Made by a program: the position numbers and the translations under genes. This document shows positions 23,196-37,269 of a DNA stretch of 64,000 bases, piece after piece; positions within the stretch are counted from its first letter, which is position 1, and each line of letters opens with the position of its first letter. Source of the stretch: Callorhinchus milii (lineage: Eukaryota); the NCBI RefSeq assembly GCF_018977255.1, contig NW_024704742.1, positions 27,096,001 through 27,160,000 on the forward strand. The letters run 5' to 3'. The notes beneath the pieces are model-generated. The model did no database searches. It was not told the origin of the DNA and was given only the letters and a program-made list of their open reading frames with translations.

Positions 23196-24494
23196 GTAAG
23201 TACTGTACAAGCATTTCCCATTCGTCCCTCTAATCAGTGTTCGAGCTACAATAAATATTTGAAAAGGGAAATAGTTATGCTTGGAAACACTTTGATTTAC
23301 AAGTTGCCACAGACTAACTGTTTAACCTTTACAAGCATCTGATATATGGAAGCTGCATTGAAATGCCTTTTCATAATGTGGTCAAATTCGTCTCTGCTAC
23401 ATAATAAACCAAAGAAACACCTCAGTGATGTGCCTTTCCCTGCTGTGTGTTAGAAAGGGATACATGTAGCCTTTTCAGCAAGTTGTATTAGCTCCACATA
23501 ACGTGTTGTGTTTTAATTTACGGTAGTCTAGTTGTTTGTGTAAACTTACCCAATTACCACTTTGGAAGATAGAATTTCAGTCTTGCTATTTGTCTCGTAC
23601 ATATTTTTAAATCGCTTTTCAGTCTGTGATATTTTTCAAGGCAAGACATCATCAGGCGTGCAAAACCCCAGTCTTCTAAAGTTTGTTCAAACATCGATAT
23701 TACAGATACTCAAACTACTGGAATCAGCTTTGCTCCTTTGTTTCTCTTAATTTTTTCCGCTTGGTCACTGGATAAATGTGCTGAGCAGAGCCCAGGGGTT
23801 AACGCTTGGGGAAGGTCAGTCACCCTGCGCAACCTTCACACAAACTGCTTATAACCATTTGAGGGACCTGACATTATTTCTGGCTCTGGTCATTGAATCA
23901 ACACCAACATAAACAATTTCACATTTATTCAGAGCTTTTCACAGCCACAACAATAATAACAACATGCATTTATATAGCGCCCCTCATGCAATGAAGCAAC
24001 CCAGAGTAATTAATTTCGGGAGATTGTCTCAAAGTGCCTCACATTGCTGAGCCTGAGCTTGAAGTGGGGGAATCTGAGAAAGGTAGTGGGGGGTGAAGGT
24101 GAAGTGCAAAAATGTGGATTAAAAGAAAGCTCTTAAAGTGGGCTTTATAATTGGGGAGGGAGAGGTGAGGTAGAGAAGTTCTGTGATGGAGTACTAGAGA
24201 GCAGGGGGCAGAATGGCTGAAAACTCGTCTGCTGATGGTGGGGCAGGTTAAGTGAGGGAGATGAAGCAGGCTGGTGTTAGCTGAGTGGAGGAAGCAGCCT
24301 GGATGGTAGGTATGAGAGGGTTGCAGAGGTGAATGTGGGGGTGAGGACTTTTAATTCGATCTGCTGGGGGTTAGTGGTGCTGAATGAGTGATGATGGAGG
24401 TGATAGGCTCACAGAGCCTGGTGCAGGAGAGAACAGGAGATGTAGAATTATGGATTATCAGCAGATTGTGTAGAAAGGAGCTGGAGAGTCCAAC

Positions 24495-25290
24495 AAGCAA
24501 CAACAACAACAAAATTACATTTGTATAGTGCCTTACAAGTTGGGAGGATGTCCCAAAGCATTGAACAATCAGTATTTCGGACCCGAGCTAGGGGTCGGAA
24601 TCGGGGAGGGTGAGAGCAGGGGGGGGAAGGAGGGTGACCAAAGGCACAGTTGAAGAGGAGGGACTTGAGACGGGTCTTGAAGGAGGCAAGGGAGGGGGCA
24701 AGGCAGAGGGACTATGGGATGGAGTTCCAGAGGGTGTGGGCAAAGTGGCAGAAGGCCCGCCTGCCATAGATGGGGCGGGCGAGACGGGGAATGTGAAGCA
24801 GACCACTGAGCAGAGGGAGTGTGCAGGTTGATAGGAGGTTAGAAGGTCGCAGAGGAAGGAGCAAGGCCATGGAGGGCTTTGGAGGTGAGTTCCAGGACCT
24901 TAAACTGTATCTTCTGTGTGGTGGGAAGCCAGTGGAGTCAGGCGAGGATGGGGTGATAAGGTCGTGGAGCCTGGTGCGGCAGAGGACATAAGTTGCAGAG
25001 TTCTGGACAATTGGCAGCCGGGGGAGGAGTTGGAGAAGCCAACAGGTGGGGAGTTTGTGTAGTCGAGAGCTGGACGTCATGAATGAGTGTGTGAGAGTCT
25101 CGGCGGCCTGCGATGTGAGACAGTGGTGGAGCTGGGCGATGTTGCGGAGGTGGGGAAAGGCAGAGCGTGACATGGCACGGATGTGGGGTAGAAAGGATAG
25201 TTGAGGGTCAAACAAGACCCCAAGGTTCTGGACTGGTTTAGTAAGGTGGAGTGTGCATCCTTGGATGGTGATGCTGTCAGCACCTGAGGC
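24495..25290 (-). mobile_element. L2 family B fragment, preceded by an older L2 remnant at about 23950-24495
   Basis: FDPQLSFLPHI...HLRNIA ORF fragment and an L2 tail. Confidence 0.87.
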
Positions 25291-25479
25291 GTGGCATTCG
25301 TATAGTCCAGCCCTGCTTCTCCAGATACCAGGTTAATTTTAAGATAGTATCTGGTGAAGGAGGGTTGAATTACAGCTGGGAGTAATGGCAGGTCTCCCAA
25401 GCTACTCACACTGCAAAAAAATTCAGCGGTATTAAATCTACAGCAGGGCTGGGTGGAAGCATTATCCCAAGTGAAAGCA

Positions 25480-25905
25480 GTGGAGGGAGTTTTTTTTACA
25501 CACTGGAGAAGAGAAAGTTGAAGGACGATCTGATTACGATCTTTAATATTCTGAAGGGAATAGATAATGTGGACCATGATTAGCTGTTTTATCTTGTATT
25601 GAACAGTAGAACCAGAGGTCACGGCCTGCAATTGAAGAGGGGTAAATTGAGAACACATCTGGGGAAACACTACTTCAGTGAGCGAGTAGTAAACTTATGG
25701 ATCAGGCTCCCTAGGGAGACTGTTGGAACAGAAAATGTCATTTGTTTCCAGAACACATGTTTCTGTTAAAAAAAATAATATCTCAAGATATAGCATATAG
25801 TGTGGGACACGACATGTCAAGTGACTGTCAGGATGGTGGAAGGTGAACTACATGGTGGAAGGTGAACTTGGTCNTTTTTTGCCTAGTAAATTCTTATGTT
25901 CTTAT
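25480..25905 (+). mobile_element. CR1 3' fragment, decayed
   Basis: TRGH.L.L...YFSERVVNLW-type sequence (AGAACCAGAGGTCAC...TTCAGTGAGCGAGTAGTAAACTTATGG) and a TTCTTATG repeat end. Confidence 0.75.
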
Positions 25906-28004
25906 GTCTCAACGACGGGGAAACTGCGCTATATCAAATGTGAGGATTATTATTATTAACTCCAGATTTTAAGGACACATTTCCTCGAGTCTTTGTGATA
26001 ATTATCATGGCACTTCTCCCACCCCTGCCCCATTATTATTTAAATTGTCAGGTCTTGAAATCTGTAATATTTTTGTTTGAACAAAGGCACAGGCTCTGTG
26101 TTTCGCAAACAGGTAAATGATTTTAATGCTGTCTTTAATTGAGGGAGTGCCTTTGCTGATCCTAAGTCTAAATGTAAGCTTACAGTAGCTAAATATTTTC
26201 ATATCCTAACTGGGTTTTCATGAAATACCTATATTTGGAGAATCAGGTTCAACTTTTTGGATCAAGGGTACCAATTAATTCAAAAGAAGTATTGTAATTT
26301 AATACAATAATTTGAGCAAATTTAATTAAACTGAATTGCTGAAGTTGCTAAGTATTAAGTAGGTTTCAATTTTTCTTGCTTTGGTCAGGTAGCAAGTGGC
26401 AGCTTGGCTCAACAGTGTCAGTTTGACTCAGTTGGTAGCACTCTAGCCTCTGGTTCAGAGAGGTGCAGGTTCAAGTCCCTTGACTGGACTTTGAGCTCAG
26501 ATACTCTACGCAGATACTCTGGTGCAGTGTTGGGGGATCTGCATTGTCAAAAGTGCTACCTTTTGTTAAAGTTGCTAAACCTCTCTTTAGGCGAATGTTA
26601 AAGTTTTTTTTGGTCAGTCGGGTGTCTTGACACATGCGGAAACCCAGTATCCAGACTAAGCTGAGATTTTCATGCATCCCACCAACATATGGAAATTCCA
26701 GAGAAAGATTGTTGGAAAGGAATGTGCACTCTCTCCCTGGAGGGATGCTTCCTGCTTACCTAATTCCGGAAAGTATTAGGTGCAGGTTGGCAAGAACCAA
26801 GGCTTGAGAACCACAGAGTTTGCCTTTGGGTTGAACTAGCTGAAACCACTTAGCTTGCGATTTAAAGATCCCTTAACACTATTCAAAAGGAGTTTCGTTC
26901 TGTATTATGGTCAACAACCTGTGGGTGATATTGAGACCCAGCTGTGCACAAAACCAATTGTTGCATTTGCCTTCAAGAAAAAAAGACACTCTAGGTGATA
27001 GCAATTCCCTGTGAAGCTCTTTAAGATATTTCAACATTTTAGGTACTTTATCAAATGCAACGATTATTTATTGGTACCGCTATAATCACTCCAATTTACA
27101 AGAAACAGTTTTTATTCATTCCAACCTCTTATAACAACATTTATCCATCATAAATCCTTACATTTAATATTGCATCGGATCTTTCATGTCTCAAAGTGCT
27201 TCACATGATTTACCGTAAAGTGCAGTGACTTTTTGTATTTTGATGCAGTAAAATGCTCAGATCATTAAGGTTTCAGAAACGGGACCATATCTATGCAATT
27301 TGTTCTTTTAATGTTATTAAGGAGTCTATCACACTCCCGAGACACCTCAATAAAAACATAAAAAATAATTCTCGCATTTGATCTAGGAACCTTGGTTACT
27401 CAAAGCCCTCCTCTTTGACAGCACCTTTCCACCCCCCCCTCCCCCAGTTCGGATGCAAAACCCGGCTGCCCAAGCTCCTGGGACAACCTCCGACTTAAAT
27501 TTGTTGTTATTATCACATTGTTGAAATGTCTCAAGGATTGTCGATCAGGACACCGGGCAAAATTCTATTCTCTACTGTAATAGTGCCATGAGATTGTTAA
27601 CATCCACCTGAACAGGCTGGCGGGACCTGTTTAATGTCTCATCTGAAGGATGGCACCTCCAATGATGCAGAGAAATGCACTCCCAACACTCATCGGAGTG
27701 TGAGTTTAAAGTGTTGATGCAAGACATTAGCCTTGAATCCGCAACTTTCTGGTGCAACTGAGCCAGACTAACACCTAATAATGTTAAAACACCCAGATCT
27801 TTGGTGCAAAATAATGGATTGGTTTGTCTCCTCAGACACAGCTGGTGTAATTTTACAGAGGGAAATATACAACAACAACAGAATTACATTTGTAAAGCGC
27901 CTTTCACATCGGGAGGACGTCCCAATATAAATCCTGATCCTAAAAAATGACATTAATAAACTTCCAAAACATATTGGTATATATATATATATATGGACCA
28001 AACT

Positions 28005-28460
28005 CCGGAAACTCGCGTACTTACCCGGAGCACACTCTGTTCCCACATCTCACCAGTTCTGGCCAGGCTCTACTGGCTCCCCATCACCAAACGGATTGAC
28101 TTCAAGATCCTCACTTTGGTATTCAAATCCCTTCACTCTCTGACACCTTCCTACCTCTCCGAACTCCTCAATCCACCAACTGGCGCCTCCGCTCAACTGG
28201 CACCGGCCTCCTGCTCTACCCTCACATCCTCTGCCCCACCATTGGAGGTCGGGCTTTCAGCCACTACGCCCCCAAAACTGGAGCACTCTCCCTCAATACC
28301 TCTGCCTTGTCCCCTTTTCCAAGTCCCACCTGGAAACTTTCCTCTTTGACCGTGCTTACAGCCACCTCCTCCCACCTGGCTCGGAGTCAGCCTCTGCCCC
28401 TGCTAAGCGCTCTGAGACGCTATTCTGCGTGGAGGGTGCTATATAAGTACAAGTTGTTGT
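28005..28460 (+). mobile_element. L2 family A 3' fragment just upstream of the last C4orf33 exon
   Basis: HISPVLARLYWLPITKRIDFKIL and an L2 tail. Confidence 0.88.
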
Positions 28461-28545
28461 ATATGCAGTAATTTGAATGTTTTCCTGGCCTCTGTTTGCA
28501 CATATTAAATGACTTCACAATATTGGTATGCTTGATATCCCTTAG

Positions 28546-28654
28546 TCATCGCTTGGAATATTTCAAGGATTTCAACTTAAAGTCCACGATGAAAGAAGAT
28601 TGGGAGCAACCTAATTCTGATCTGTGGGAGTCAGCAAGTGGAATCAGGAGCTGA
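28546..28654 (+). CDS. C4orf33: C4orf33 last coding exon (HRLEYFKDFNLKSTMKEDWEQPNSDLWESASGIRS*)
   Basis: Acceptor atcccttag, TGA at 28652-28654. Exon lengths 181+61+52+200+109 = 603 nt give 200 aa plus stop. Matches HCLEYFKSFNF...WKQPESDLW. Confidence 0.94.
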
Positions 28655-28897
28655 AAGACTGATGTACTGCAACCTCAGCAATCATGCAAAGATACATATA
28701 GAGATCTAAATTACGTAGTTTGCCAAAAATAGCAATCTTTATCGCTATGTCTTTATGATGGGATTTCAATCTTCAATGTGACCAGATCTTTATTACTGCC
28801 AATAGAGTAAAGAAAATATATTTAGTTATGTCACATTATAAAAATGACTGACTGTCCATTATAAAAAGAGAGTATAAACCCTATGGCTGCTTTTCAA

Positions 28898-29600
28898 AGA
28901 ATCATGTAATATAATAGCACAGAAGAGGCCATTCAGGTCATCGTGCCTGCTGGCTCTTTGGAAGAGCTACACAATCAGTCCCACTCCCACACTTTTTCCC
29001 CATATCCTTGCAAATGTTTCCTCTTCAACTACCCACTTTGAGCGCTGCTAACCTTTTAAGTACCTCCTCTATCTAGTTTTATTTTATCCAATTTCTCTAC
29101 CACCCCCTCCTCCTTTACTGTGACATTGACAGCATCCTCTTTTGTGAAGACAGATGCAAAGTACTTATTCAGTACCTCAGCCATGCACTCTGCCTCCACA
29201 AGAAGTTTTCCTTTTTGGTCCCTAATCGGCCCCACCCTTCCTTTGACCATCCTTTTTCTCTTTATGTGTTTATAGAAGATCACCCTGACCATTTCCCCCC
29301 TGCTCGGGTCATGACCCAATTGTGCAGCGCCTTGGGACGTCCTCCTGACGTGAAAGGCGCTTTATAAATGGAATCTTGTTGTTGTTGTTGTTTAGTGTTC
29401 CCCTTTATGTTACCTGCTAATCTTTTCTCATACACTCTCTTTGTCCCACTTGTTTCCTTTTTCAGTTCAGTTCTCTGCACTTTCTGTATTCTGATTGATT
29501 CTCCAATGTATTTTGAACCTGACATATATCATAAACCGCCTTTTTCTGTTTCATTTTAATACAAATTTCCTTAGCCATCCAGGGAGCTTTGGATACATTT
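28898..29600 (-). mobile_element. CR1 fragments (3' end plus an ORF2 piece) with an L2 tail inserted at about 29281-29392
   Basis: YEKRLAGNIKGN|FYKHIKRKR..KGRVGP...MAEVLNKYFASVFTKED, with the CR1 3' end at about 28900-29030. Confidence 0.85.
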
Positions 29601-32199
29601 CAAATAATAATATTAATAGCGATTATATTTGATATGGTGTCTTTGACGTCAGGAGGATGTCTCAGAGTGCTTCGTTGGATATATTATAAAGTGAGTGACT
29701 GTATTTTATGGGCATTATGGATGCCCACAAAACAGTACCGGTGATTCTCCCCAACACCCCCAACATTGCTGTTTATGCACAAGAATGGATCAGATTGTCA
29801 ATAGAAGGCAAAATAGTAAGAAAAAGTGAGTTTGGGAAATCTGAAATCAAAACTGAAAATGCTGGAAATCCAAAGCTAATCAGTCTGCAGCTGAAAGTCA
29901 AACATTAAAATTTCGAATGGAGCTCTGCACGAAGTTCTGATTAATGGTCACAACTTAAACCTTGTTTTCCTTTTAAATGGTGGTTGACCTGCTGCAGACT
30001 TCCAGCAATTCCTATATCCTTATCAGATTGATAAACAAATATACAGCCAATTCATTTTACAGTCTATTCTGTGAAGCGCTTTGAGACATCTAGAAGACGT
30101 GAAAAGCGCTATATCAAATGCAAGGATTATTATTATAATGAAGGTATCAGGAGTGACACTGAGAAACTTGGTGTAGAATAATCCTTGTTGCATTCATTAG
30201 GTTAGGACTATGAACTGTACAATAAAATGAGTCCAGAGAGAAAATAAAAGAACCATTTATAGAGGAAATCTGAGTGTAGCACACAATGCAAGTGATTTCA
30301 TTGAATATTGTTAGCAAACCCTGAGTGGTTGTTGTGAACAGTGCCAGTACTTGTAAACTGTACATACATTTATGAGAATAGGAAGACTCAAAAAAGATGT
30401 TTTTGAGATCGAAGATTGAAGCATTCTTTGTCAACTGAATTTTCTCAAGTCAACTGAAAAACATTCTTCAGGATTTTTTTTAATTCTTGGCTATCTTCAA
30501 CTTAGATCTGCGTTCAAATCATTGTAAACTTCGTCCACAAAATACACAGTCAACCCACTTTACAATATATTCTGTGAAATGCTTCCAGATGTTTCAACAA
30601 CGTGATGGGGCTCTATATCAAATGCAAGGATTATTATTAACTTCTTTCAAAATTCTATACTTCTCAGCACTTTAGAAACATTTTTCAACCTTTAGTACAG
30701 GAATGGAGCAGGTCTTTCATGAGCCCCTTGTTGTGGGCCAATGGCAGAAAAGTAGTTTTCAACCCGTTCATCAGAAACACATTTGATCATATTTATGTTT
30801 CAGGTTTAACTGAATACTGCTAAGAATGAAATGTAACAACACTGTTCATCATCATTATTTGCTAACCTTCCCCAATGAGGCAGCATAGGGATTAACATTA
30901 GCAGATTATTTATGTAATAATGGGATGGCATGGTAATTTATTCATCAACACAAACTCATTTTAGCAAGAATCTAATTAGTAGCAAATTAGGTTCAAAAAT
31001 CAAATTAGAAATAAAGAAAAATTATTTGTCCCATTGTTGAGAATTATTTCCCAGTTGCACTGTTTTCCACCCAATGTTGTGTTTCAGAAGCCTAGTATTG
31101 CTGTTTCCGAGGTTACTCTTAAGTGATAGTACCTCTCACAGCTAATACAAATTACATAAACTCCCAAATGATAATTTAGTTTTATTCTTTGAAATATGAG
31201 AATTGCATGATTTAATGAATAAACAGAAGTATTTACTACCATTGATTTTATTTCCTCTCACTGTTAATGCAAAAAATATCCAATTGAAGGCTTACATTTC
31301 ATTCTTGATATGTCTATCAAAATCCAGAAATAGTGAGATCAGTGATTGTTGCAGGCTAAAATATAGAAAATATTTCTAATGACTGCAAGCTTGATGGATG
31401 TAATATTCACAATGGACTATGGATAGATCTGATTTGTAACATGGAGGCTTCAGCAACTGTTAAAGCAATTAATGACTCACACAGTTTTCTGCAGATGAAA
31501 AATCAATTAAGGAATTTCCCAGGAGAGGATAAAATGATCTACAAGTTGAACCAATGGCACTCACTGAAACCTGCAGTGAAGGTGACCTAATAGTGCAAGC
31601 TGTTAAGTGCTTATTTCCCCATCAAAGGCTCACAAGTTTGAATCACAGAGGTTCCCCGCCACTCAGATTCCTGCAACTCAGTGGGGACGAATTTCAATAG
31701 ATCTCAATTAAGCTGTGAGGTGTGTGTGTGGGCGGAGAGGAGAATGGAACAAGTAATGATGCATTGCAATTATCCGTTAAATTGTGTTTCTTGTTGAGTA
31801 GTATATTGGCAACAATGGCATTGGAAAGAATTGTGATTCAGAGTCATCGACTTCCAACTGGGGGCCTGAGGGGAGACGAGGAAACTTTCATAAGTCGAAC
31901 TTCTGAAAACCTGTGTCAAAGGGAAAATTTTAAAAATATGTAACTCTCCGGAGCTCTACAGGGGACATTTTCTCAAGTGCATGTCTGTAATATTTGAGGC
32001 TAGCACTACAAAGGAAGTTTAGAAAGCTCTCACAAACTGGGTATTACAAACATCATAAAAACAAATTATCTGATCACCTGAAGTTATGAGTTTGTTTTAA
32101 TATCTACAAACTGTTTGCTAAGCTCTCTTCCATCCATTGTCTGTAACCTCTATAAACACACAAATCTGGACATCAACTGCTATTCCCAAACGTGCAAGG

Positions 32200-32636
32200 A
32201 ATTGTAATACTTGCATTTGATACAGCGCCATATCATATCGTTAAAATATCTCAAAGTGCTTCACACAATACACTGTAAATTGGTGTTATTTTGTGGGCGA
32301 AAACAACAGACAATTTGCGCATACCCGTGTCCCACAAACAGTCATGGAGTGAGTGACCAATTTTATTTGGGGGATTGTTGGCCAGGACACCGGGATAAAG
32401 TCACTTTCCTTTTCGAACGGTGCCATGGGATCTTTAATGCCCACTCACACAGGTAGGCGGGACCTCGGTATAACGTCTCATCTGAAGGACAGCACCTCCA
32501 ACAATACAACACACTTACAGCACTACATTGGAGGTTCAGCTTAGACTATGTGGGTTCCAAGATCTGATGTGGGGTTTGAACCCACAACCTTCTGACTCCG
32601 AGGCAAGAGTGCTACCAACTCAGCCTGGCTGACACG
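32200..32636 (-). mobile_element. Near full-length SacSINE1-like DeuSINE
   Basis: Head GTGTCAGCCAGGCTGAGTTGGTAGCACTCTTGCCTC..GGGTTCAAACCCC, followed by body, Deu core and an L2-type tail. Confidence 0.82.
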
Positions 32637-34884
32637 CAATATATACAACATATCTCCCTCCCTAGCCTCCCTCATACCTGTTTAAGCACACGCTTGTATT
32701 CAGGAGGGCTGCTTTCCGCAGAGGCTCTCAAAGACACAACCTGAAACAGAAACAAGAGGAACAAGTTGAAGATATACCTTGCTATTATTGACTTGAAAGT
32801 TTAGGTAGCCAAGTAGAAGCGTTACACTAGGTAAGCATTTGCATCCAGAACTTCCACACACCTTGACCGATTAATGGGGAAAAGTGTCAAAGATGTGGAA
32901 AAGATTTGCTCTTGTCACCATCCCACCCACCGACTTCTGCTGCCTGTGACACCTGTGTTAAATGCAAGAAAAGGAGCGAGGAGCCTCGGCAGACAAATTC
33001 AATGTCATTTGAACAATTTACTGCTTCCTCTATTTCATCAGAGCCAGGTAAATAATCTCTGGATCAAACCATAACTCAGGAGAGTAATAACCAGATATTT
33101 TAGAACAAGTCTGAAAGTGTAACTGGGATGAGGTGATTGACCTGACCCAGGAAGCCGATGATATGTGAAAGGAAAAAGCAGAAGTTTTGCTCCACCACTA
33201 TAACTTGGACTTTAGCCTCTTCCACCAAACATTTATTCCTGTCATTAGGAGAGATTTGGAGTACCAGGTGTCATGATAATGAATAATCTTTAATTCAATA
33301 TAGTGCCTTTCATGTCAGGAGGATGTCCCAAAGCGATTCACAGGATACACAGTGAAGTGCAGAGACTTTGTGTTTTGTGGGTGAATATAATGGGCAAAAG
33401 CAGAAATGTTTACACAACTTAACTGTTGCGAAGTGGTATGTTGGAAGATAGCCAATACATCTAATCACTTGAGTCCTCTATATTGTAGCTGTAAGGGGTT
33501 TGTTTAATTGTTAAGTCATAGCCTTGGTTCTGAGTGATGTTCCAGTTGGTAGTGAATGTAATGCTGTATTGTACTGAGCCACGTGGTGTGATCTATGATT
33601 AAGTGCCTTTCTCGCTTAGTAAGTCATTATTTAGCTTTTGCCAGCATTATTTTGCACACATCCATTGTTTATTTCATTCGAACGTGTTGATGTCCAACTT
33701 CTCATGATGGGCAAATTCAATTTGATGTCCAGAAGGAGTGGATTACGTGTGAGTAAATAGGATGCACAATAGGTTTTCTGCTAAGTTTTCACATTGAGAA
33801 ATGGTTGCACAATAAATGCTTGTTCATTTTTCCTCACTTTATTTTGCCTTCTTCATTGTGAGGTTGTGGAGGGGGCGGGAGAGATATTGAATACAATCTG
33901 TTGCATGATCAAAAAGATTTATACATTATGCTAGAATAATTCATGTTATATAAAATACTGTAAGCATAAGTATGTTATATACATTGCACTATCTAACCTT
34001 TATAGACTTTGACAACTGAAACTTACAGTTAAATTGAACCACGCTAAAGCTATGTTGCAGTAATACTGAAAATGAGTTTATTTTTATGTTATGATTGGAT
34101 ACTCTTAAACATGGTGATGGGTTTCCCCATATGTCAGACACCCGGCTCACTATACACCCTCGCAAGCGCTCCGAGACACTACCCCGTGTGAAGGTACAAA
34201 CCCCCAGCTCGGGTCCGAAACACTGACTATCCAGCACCTTGAGACATCCTCCCGACGTGAAAGGCACTATACCAATGTAATTTAGTTGTTGGTAAAGGGT
34301 ATTCTTCCCAAATCTGAACTTTACTCACACTCATTGCCTGGTTATGGCTGTGTCTTGATATGTAGGAAGACTCTAGAATCAAATTAAGCATTACAGTATA
34401 ACCCCAGACACAAACCTTGAGCCCGATCAATTCTTCCTATACATATGTGTGAAGGATTAGCTCTTCTTTTTTTTTAGTTTTAAACTAATGATATCCTTTG
34501 TTGCACTTGATTGATGTAAAGGAATTGTGAAATCTGCCAACAGAGCTATTAACACAAAACTCCAGACTCTACGCGACTCATATTTAATATGTGGAATACG
34601 TCTCCCACTTTCATCGCACATTAAATACATTGAATGTAGGCAATTTTAACAGGTGTTTTCTGCCAGATAATAATGTCATAGCATTTTCAACAATTGGCTT
34701 AACAAACAGAAACCTCAAAATGTCAACAAAGTAAGAATTATACTGTGTGATTTCCAGGAAATATGATTTTGCTAGTGCAAAATCAGAATCTTGTTCTAGT
34801 CACTGTGATCATAGTATACAATTACAATTTACATTTATATAGCATCTTTCGTATTGGGAAGATGTATGGTGAGGACATGGAGTT

Positions 34885-35470
34885 TTTTTGGTCAGCCGAG
34901 GGTCTGTCACATGTGGAAAAAACCCATCACCTTATTTAAGAGTATCCAAACTAAACAGAGTTCCATACATGCCACCTATACATTGAAGTCCTTGAGATAT
35001 AAATTGCAATGGAATACGCACTCGTTCCCTGAAGGCCACACCCTGCTTAACTGATTCCGGAGATTATTAGGCAACAGGTTGGCAAAAGCCAAGGCTTGGG
35101 TTTTAGCTGGTTAGACTCCAGCAGTATCACAAATGTACATTGGGATACTGCTGGAGTATAACTAGATAAATCTGTGTAGTTTGTCATTAAGAGCACTGTC
35201 TGGCAAGCTTTCCCATTCTTGTCCAGTTAGGACCACCCTACCCATTAGGCTTTGGCTTGCAGGCTTAATGGTTGCTGAGTGGGATGAATCCATATCCCCA
35301 AAGACTGTTCTGCCCTTCCAAGCCTTGCCCATGAGCCATCAGCAGTGCCTTGGAATACTGCGGACCTGTCTGGCTCAGGAATTGTGCTACTGGCACAGAG
35401 GGTTGGCTGGATTCTGACATTCTGTTGCCAAACATGTCACCTTGGAGTCAGCTCAGCTCCAAGAATACCC
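34885..35470 (-). mobile_element. Unclassified ~600-bp poly(A)-tailed interspersed repeat
   Basis: Homologous to copies at about 2170-2527, 26625-26870, 34093-34150, 45145-45710, 52620-52785, 57533-58095 and 60575-60955. Confidence 0.8.
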
Positions 35471-36879
35471 TGCTTACTCTCCCTCCTCCCTCTCCCAGCG
35501 ACCCAACCCCCAACTCCCAGGAGGATAGAATAAACTGGTGGGTTCAGAGTTTGAGAAAACTATAGTATAATCAAAGTGATGGGAGAAGATGCAAGTTCCT
35601 CTCTGAGGCCATAGGTATCTCCAGAACTTGATGAGATCCAAGAATCTGTACTGAAGGCAGATGATTCATATCTACTAGTGGATTTATGCTTGCTGAGCTC
35701 AAGGCTAATGATATCCAATAAAGCAATGAACATCAGTTGTGTGTGTGTGTGTATGAAGAGAAGAGAGGGCAGTCACCATTAACAACTGAGAACATTTTGG
35801 AAAGTCAGCACTGAAAAGGACACAGGCCAACCCAAAATAGCTGTTAATTATAATATAGGTACCTTACGTGGCCAGATTGTGTTTGTTGTGATACGAAGGA
35901 GACATTTGAAGGAGAAAAGCCTTCCCCACACGTCTCAGAGATGGGAATAGGCCATGAATATTAATTTACATAATCTCAGCAACATGAAATCATGTAGCTT
36001 GTAAAAAAAAGGTAGTTCTTCGAGGAGGGCAAGGTCACTATCTTTTCCCCAAGAAGGCAATAGTTAGATGAGTTGTCACATTTACTTTGAATCACAATTA
36101 AGGTATATGAGGGAGTTTAAATATTTTGGAGTAAATATAACCTGGTGGAAAACTACATCAAAATCCCTCCTCCCTCAACATAAAAATTATTTGATGTTAA
36201 TTTCTCTCTAGACCTATTGATCAATACAATTAATAAAATGGGAATGCCCGACCTCATTTAACTTTTCCAAATGTTTACTCCGTATGAAATGCTCGATTGC
36301 AATTTGACTTAAAGGCTAAGTTACGGGTAGTTTTTAACAAATTCTTTAATTCTTTAAGAAATAGTGTAGAAAATTCAATTAAAAGAATATATACTATATT
36401 AATTGTAAATATGTTGTGTTTCTCTTTTTCGAAATGTCCTATTGTCTCCTTTCAGTGTTAAGTATTTATTTTTCTCTTCTTGTTGATTGTGTCATTACAA
36501 AATTATAATAGTTTTTAGCTGAATAAAACATTCAGATTGATGACATGCAGAAGTTCACATTTGCTGCACATATTAGGGGGCTTGTGTGTTGTGGAGGTGG
36601 AGGTAATGTTCTGAGTCTTCCATCTTTTGTACTCCCAACTTTCCAAAGAAGCCATTTCAAAGATTTTAAGAAACTGGCTCCCCTCCTTACGGAAAAGGCC
36701 AGCAGTAGAAACTCTTTTTTGATATAAAGGTCTTAAAAATGCCTCCACAGCAAACCTCTCAAATCCTATTTCTAGATCTGTTGGCCTTCCTTCCTAGAAT
36801 CACTAGAAGGACATTTTTTTCTTTGTCAGAAGTTGTGAATTTACCACAAGATGTGTGAGTCACCTAGTTACAAACAGGT

Positions 36880-37198
36880 AATAATAATAATAATAATAAT
36901 CTTTGCATTTGATATAGCGCTTTTCACGTCTTCTAGACGTCCCAAAGCGCTTCACAGAATATACTGTAAAGTGAATTGACTGTATATTTGTGGGTGAACG
37001 CGGCAGCCAATTGCGCACAGCAATGTCCCACAAATAGTCGTAGATTGAAAATGACCAATTTATTAATTTTTTTTTGGAGGGATTATTATTAGGCGTTTGG
37101 AGTAAGGAAACTTGCCCACGGTTTCGCCCTGCCTGGAATTGAACTCAGGTCTCTCACTTACAAAACGAATGCTCTAACCACTGAGCTACAGGATTCCA
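36880..37198 (-). mobile_element. Young short-subfamily tRNA-headed DeuSINE
   Basis: Long (AAT)n tail, intact CpGs, and close similarity to the copies at 12161 and 53120. Confidence 0.88.
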
Positions 37199-37269
37199 CC
37201 CCAGTCACCACACTTTCAATGTGCTCATTTGTGAACCGTATTGAATGTCCCCAACACCTGATGGATGAT

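Noticed and set aside
28800..28880. C4orf33 polyadenylation signal
   Set aside because: Only variant hexamers (AGTAAA, TATAAA) are present, so it cannot be assigned without 3'-end data.
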